Assembly: GCA_965112735.1 (NCBI GenBank)
Contig: OZ218954.1
Coordinates: forward strand, 2,418,001-2,482,000
DNA: 64,000 nucleotides
Reading direction: 5' to 3'
Source of the DNA: Phaeosaccion multiseriatum
Lineage: Eukaryota; Protista; Ochrophyta, other classes
Below are positions 60,690 to 64,000 of this stretch, in pieces. The notes below the pieces were generated by a model. That model worked only from the letters and a program-made list of their open reading frames with translations. It had not been told where the DNA came from and searched no databases. Position numbers and translations under genes: made by a program. Every line of letters begins with the position of its first letter. Position 1 is the first letter of the stretch.

Positions 60690-61244
60690 ATGAATTCAAT
60701 CCCGAAGACGACGCCACAGCTGTACAAGGATTGCCTCCGGCTCATTAATCATGTTGCGGGAAAGGTGCGTGACGGACGGGAAAGAGCTTAGCTTTCTGGG
60801 CCTCGCAAAGCCCTGGCTCTTTTTCATTGGGCCCTCTTTTGTGTCGGGTAGGGGAGTAACCACAGCTATCAAACTGCTCCGACGGAACTCTTCACACACT
60901 CTAAGCAAGTTTCACCCCCTCCTTTCTTCTTGTAGGGAGCTAAGGCAGAGAACATGAAGAAGCTTGTGCGCAACGAGTTTGTCAAGAACAAGTTTGTGAA
61001 AGACGCAGCGCAAGTGGAGCTTCTTCGATCCAAGTAAGAAGTATTGAGCAGTGAGGTGGCTGCTCGGCTTCTGCTTCTTCTCACCCACCCCACCCACTCC
61101 TTGAATCAACCTCGCAGTGCCGTCAGGGGTCTCTCAAATTACTTCCTGCAAACCTCAGGACTCGGGGACGCTAGAGTGAAGCGGAGAATGGAGCAGCAAA
61201 GGGCAGACGTGGTTGAGGAATTGAAGAAAGGGCAAAAGACATGA
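60690..61244 (+). CDS. Small LYR-motif (Complex1_LYR-like) mitochondrial protein
   Basis: QLYKDCLRLINHVAGK...LVRNEFVKNK...AVRGLSNY. 3 exons. Confidence 0.75.
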
Positions 61245-62343
61245 TTGCGAAGGGGCTTACGGGTCGAGTTACTTCTCAATCAAGTATTCTGGATGGGAAG
61301 CAAGTGAGGTGCACCCGTAAAACCAAGTCGACTTGAGCAGGAAGGAGAGAAAGAAGGAAGCACCCAATTACCCTCAGAATCTGCATTACGAGGTAGCAGG
61401 ACGAGACAGCAGCCCCAGACGATGGCTTCGCCGGAGTGAAGGATGATTTGTGGTTCAGCGACAAGGAGCTCGACTTAACGAGCTGTTCTTCCTTCGAAAA
61501 AGGCGTTCAGCAAACCGACGTTGAGGAGAGCCACGCACGTTAAGGAAGCCCCTCCTGGCTCTTGACTACTGGCCGAAGGCCAGCCCTGGCGTTGGGCTTT
61601 TGGGGGTCTTTGCTTGATTGCCTTCTAGCTTCCGGCTCTTTTTTGCTAGCACGATAGCGTTCTGGGGCCTGTGGGCGAGGCCAGCACCTCGCTTCTGGCT
61701 CGGCCGCAGGCCAGCCCTGGCTTTTGGCCTCTGGGAGGGCCCAAAAGTCCTGTCTGGGGCCGACCGCCGGGCAGGAGCCACCGCGGTAGCAGCCGCTCAG
61801 CTGGAGTCGGCCGCAATCAATGGCCTCTCCCCCAATCCCCAGAAAGTACTTGGAAGTGAAGGTGTCTGGTACTCGGGGGCGAAGCTAGAGTTAATTATTA
61901 CCTCACTCTTAGTCACCTAAGAAGAGGAGGGGTATTAGGGGCCCTTTACCCCCCCTACTTGCCCGAGGAGGAGGAGCACTGGTCCGGCGCCGTGGTTGAG
62001 CCGTCCCAGGAAGGCGCGCTCTCGCTCCGAGAGCCACATCTGGTGGCTGTAGTTGATGAGCGACGGAGAAGGAGAGCATCCTTAATCTATGGTTGTCTAA
62101 AAGTAACGTCTCACCGCCCCGGGGAACTTAGCCACCGAGGTCGTATCCCTCCGACTCGTCAGTCCTCCCCATCGGAACAAAGTTGATACCAGCCAGGATC
62201 CTGTGTCGAATCGATCGTTCGTGTCGGGCCCGCTGGAGCGCCACGGCTCACACGGCCAATTGTGGGCCCCAAATACAAATTCGACCCCTGACACGCTATC
62301 GCCCACTTTGGAGCCGGCTGGCCCAGGAATGACGCAAACAGCC

Positions 62344-62777
62344 CTTCGGCCCCATGCACGCCTAGCCGTTTTGCTCTAGGCCGCTCACTTTTCAGTCCTA
62401 GGCGGCCTATATAGCCGCCTCTAGGCAGCCTCCCAGTGACCGTGGGCGCGTGCGTGGTGCCGCCCAGCCAGTGGGTAGCAGCACACCTGTAGGCCTGCAC
62501 TCCTCGTAGGGCCAGCGAGGCGGAAGAGACAACACGAACCAAGTCTACTCCTCACTTCCAATCCCATGCAATGAAACTGACTACTCTTTGCACTCTGGGC
62601 ACTCCCACCGTCCGCCTAGTTGGCTGGGGTCTGCCCTAGGCCGCGCGGGCCTCCGGCCCGCCTAGGCCGCCTAGGCGGCGGCATATAAATAGGCCGAGAG
62701 CCTACGGCCCTCGCTAGGCCGGGCAATTTTCCCAAATAGGCCTAGGCCGCTGTGCGCGCGCGTGCATGGGGCCGAAG
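62344..62777. mobile_element. MITE with perfect 17-bp TIR CTTCGGCCCCATGCACG and CCTAGG-rich subtermini
   Basis: 62344-62360 is the reverse complement of 62761-62777. Homolog at 46659-47779. An orphan TCGACCCCTGACACGC end lies at 62281. Confidence 0.8.
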
Positions 62778-62888
62778 CTCTCGCATAACCTTCGAAGTTG
62801 GTGATACGGTGGTCGATTTTTTTTTCCCTTTTGTCTCTCTTCCTCCCCTCTCTCATTTCTCCTCATCTCTCTGAACCAGGACCCTAAT

Positions 62889-63946
62889 ATGAAGAAGGAG
62901 AAGGAAACCCATGCCCTGCTTGAAGGGCTCGTGCGGGATAGGCGCCTAGAAGCCGCTCTGCAGTTGTGCGAAGAAGAGGAAATTCGTTCGGAAGGAGGGG
63001 AGACGGAAGTGTTTTTCAGCATGCAGGTGCGCGGCACAGTAGGGGCTTGGCTATGGATGTTGCTTTCAGCAAGCAGCATGGAAGGGCGGAGTGTGTTGAG
63101 GGTGCCCTTGGCTTTGTGCAGGGGCCGAGGACGGCTATGTGCTTACCTTTTTCGCAACTCGTGTCCCGTCTCCCCCCAGATGTGCCTCTACCTAATCACC
63201 GAGGACTTGGACAATGCCAGATTCTTGTGGAAGCGTATACCCCCTTTGTTTAAAAGCGAAGAGGGGGATGCCTTTGCTCTGTGGGAGGTGGGGAAAGCGC
63301 TGTGGCGGAGGTAAGTAAAGTACATCAATTTGGGGGGGGGGGGCGAAAAGGGATAGAGACTCATGTTTAGTCCACCACGTCTCCTCTCTTTGGGGCTAGG
63401 TCTGCACCTGATGCGTACGCATGCTTGAGGCGGCGACCCCAGTGGTCTCCTGGCGTCGATTCCCTCGTCGCTGTCCTCGCGGAGAGGCTGACCGAGCGCC
63501 AGGTTCGTTGTCGTCCAGTCTTTTCTTTGTGTCTAGTCACATCCTAAACTCGAGCTCCTCCACGACTGCAGCGCTCCTTAATGGCGAAGGCCTACACGGC
63601 GGTCCCACTTGACGCAGCTGCGGCCAGGCTTGGCATGACAACTGCCCAGGCCAAAGCGTACTTGGAGACACACGTGAGTAGTTTTGTAGTAAGTGGTGGT
63701 GGGTTCCCATGTTGGTAATGGTCCGTCTGTGTTTTTTTACTGTCTCTTTTGTACGTGTAGGGGTGGACACTTGCAGCCGAGGACGGTGCTGCAGCTTTGG
63801 CGTGCCCGCCGTCTCTGAGCGGGAGTGGCGGCCTTGTTGGACCGGACGAAAGGCGCCTTCAAGCGCTGCCATTGGGTGACGAGCAGCTCATTAAGATGTC
63901 GGAGTACATCACTTTCCTGGAGGGATCCAGGCAAGGTGTGCGATAA
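62889..63946 (+). CDS. CSN8: COP9 signalosome subunit 8
   Basis: LYLITEDLDNARFLWKRIP, LWEVGKALWRR and EQLIKMSEYITFLE. Multi-exon. Confidence 0.88.
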
Positions 63947-64000
63947 GGACACTGTATTAATGGAGAACAAAAGCGTGGAGGAAAGAGAGCGATTGTCGAC

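Noticed and set aside
61900-62005. Weak similarity to 34495-34700 (GGGGCC..TTAC.CCCCCT...CGTGGTTGA)
   Set aside because: Too degenerate to define an element by eye.

Overview
Eukaryotic, gene-dense nuclear DNA with short (about 60-200 nt) spliceosomal introns. It is most likely from a photosynthetic, flagellated stramenopile (ochrophyte): several proteins have a signal peptide followed by Phe (ASAFAP-type plastid targeting), there is an APS kinase/ATP sulfurylase/pyrophosphatase triple fusion, and EsV-1-7 repeats and ciliary B9D1 are present. About 27 genes or gene remnants are recognisable: GPI, WW-less Pin1, UMP-CMP kinase, IGPS-like, Siz/PIAS SUMO ligase, peptide deformylase, CCDC12, NASP, Ulp1-like protease, a dual-specificity phosphatase, DUF1015, PAPS synthase fusion, B9D1, RWP-RK, RPL17, FolD, importin alpha, an SR protein, an LYR protein and CSN8. 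The most striking structure is a head-to-head pair of lectin(LamG)/cadherin-like surface receptor genes. They share a gap-free, about 99% identical 2179-bp inverted repeat (14887-17065 / 31311-33489) but have different N-terminal lectin heads and different TM/cytoplasmic tails, so one recombination event would flip the 14.2-kb spacer and swap heads between tails. Other highlights are a PAPS synthase fusion with an overlooked first exon giving type II membrane (Golgi-like) topology, divergently paired with an intron-containing DUF1015 gene; a family of MITEs bounded by TCGA-CC; a 300-bp foldback; a 4.7-kb (GGGA)n array; and three probable GC-AG introns. All gene models were built by eye and no database searches were run.
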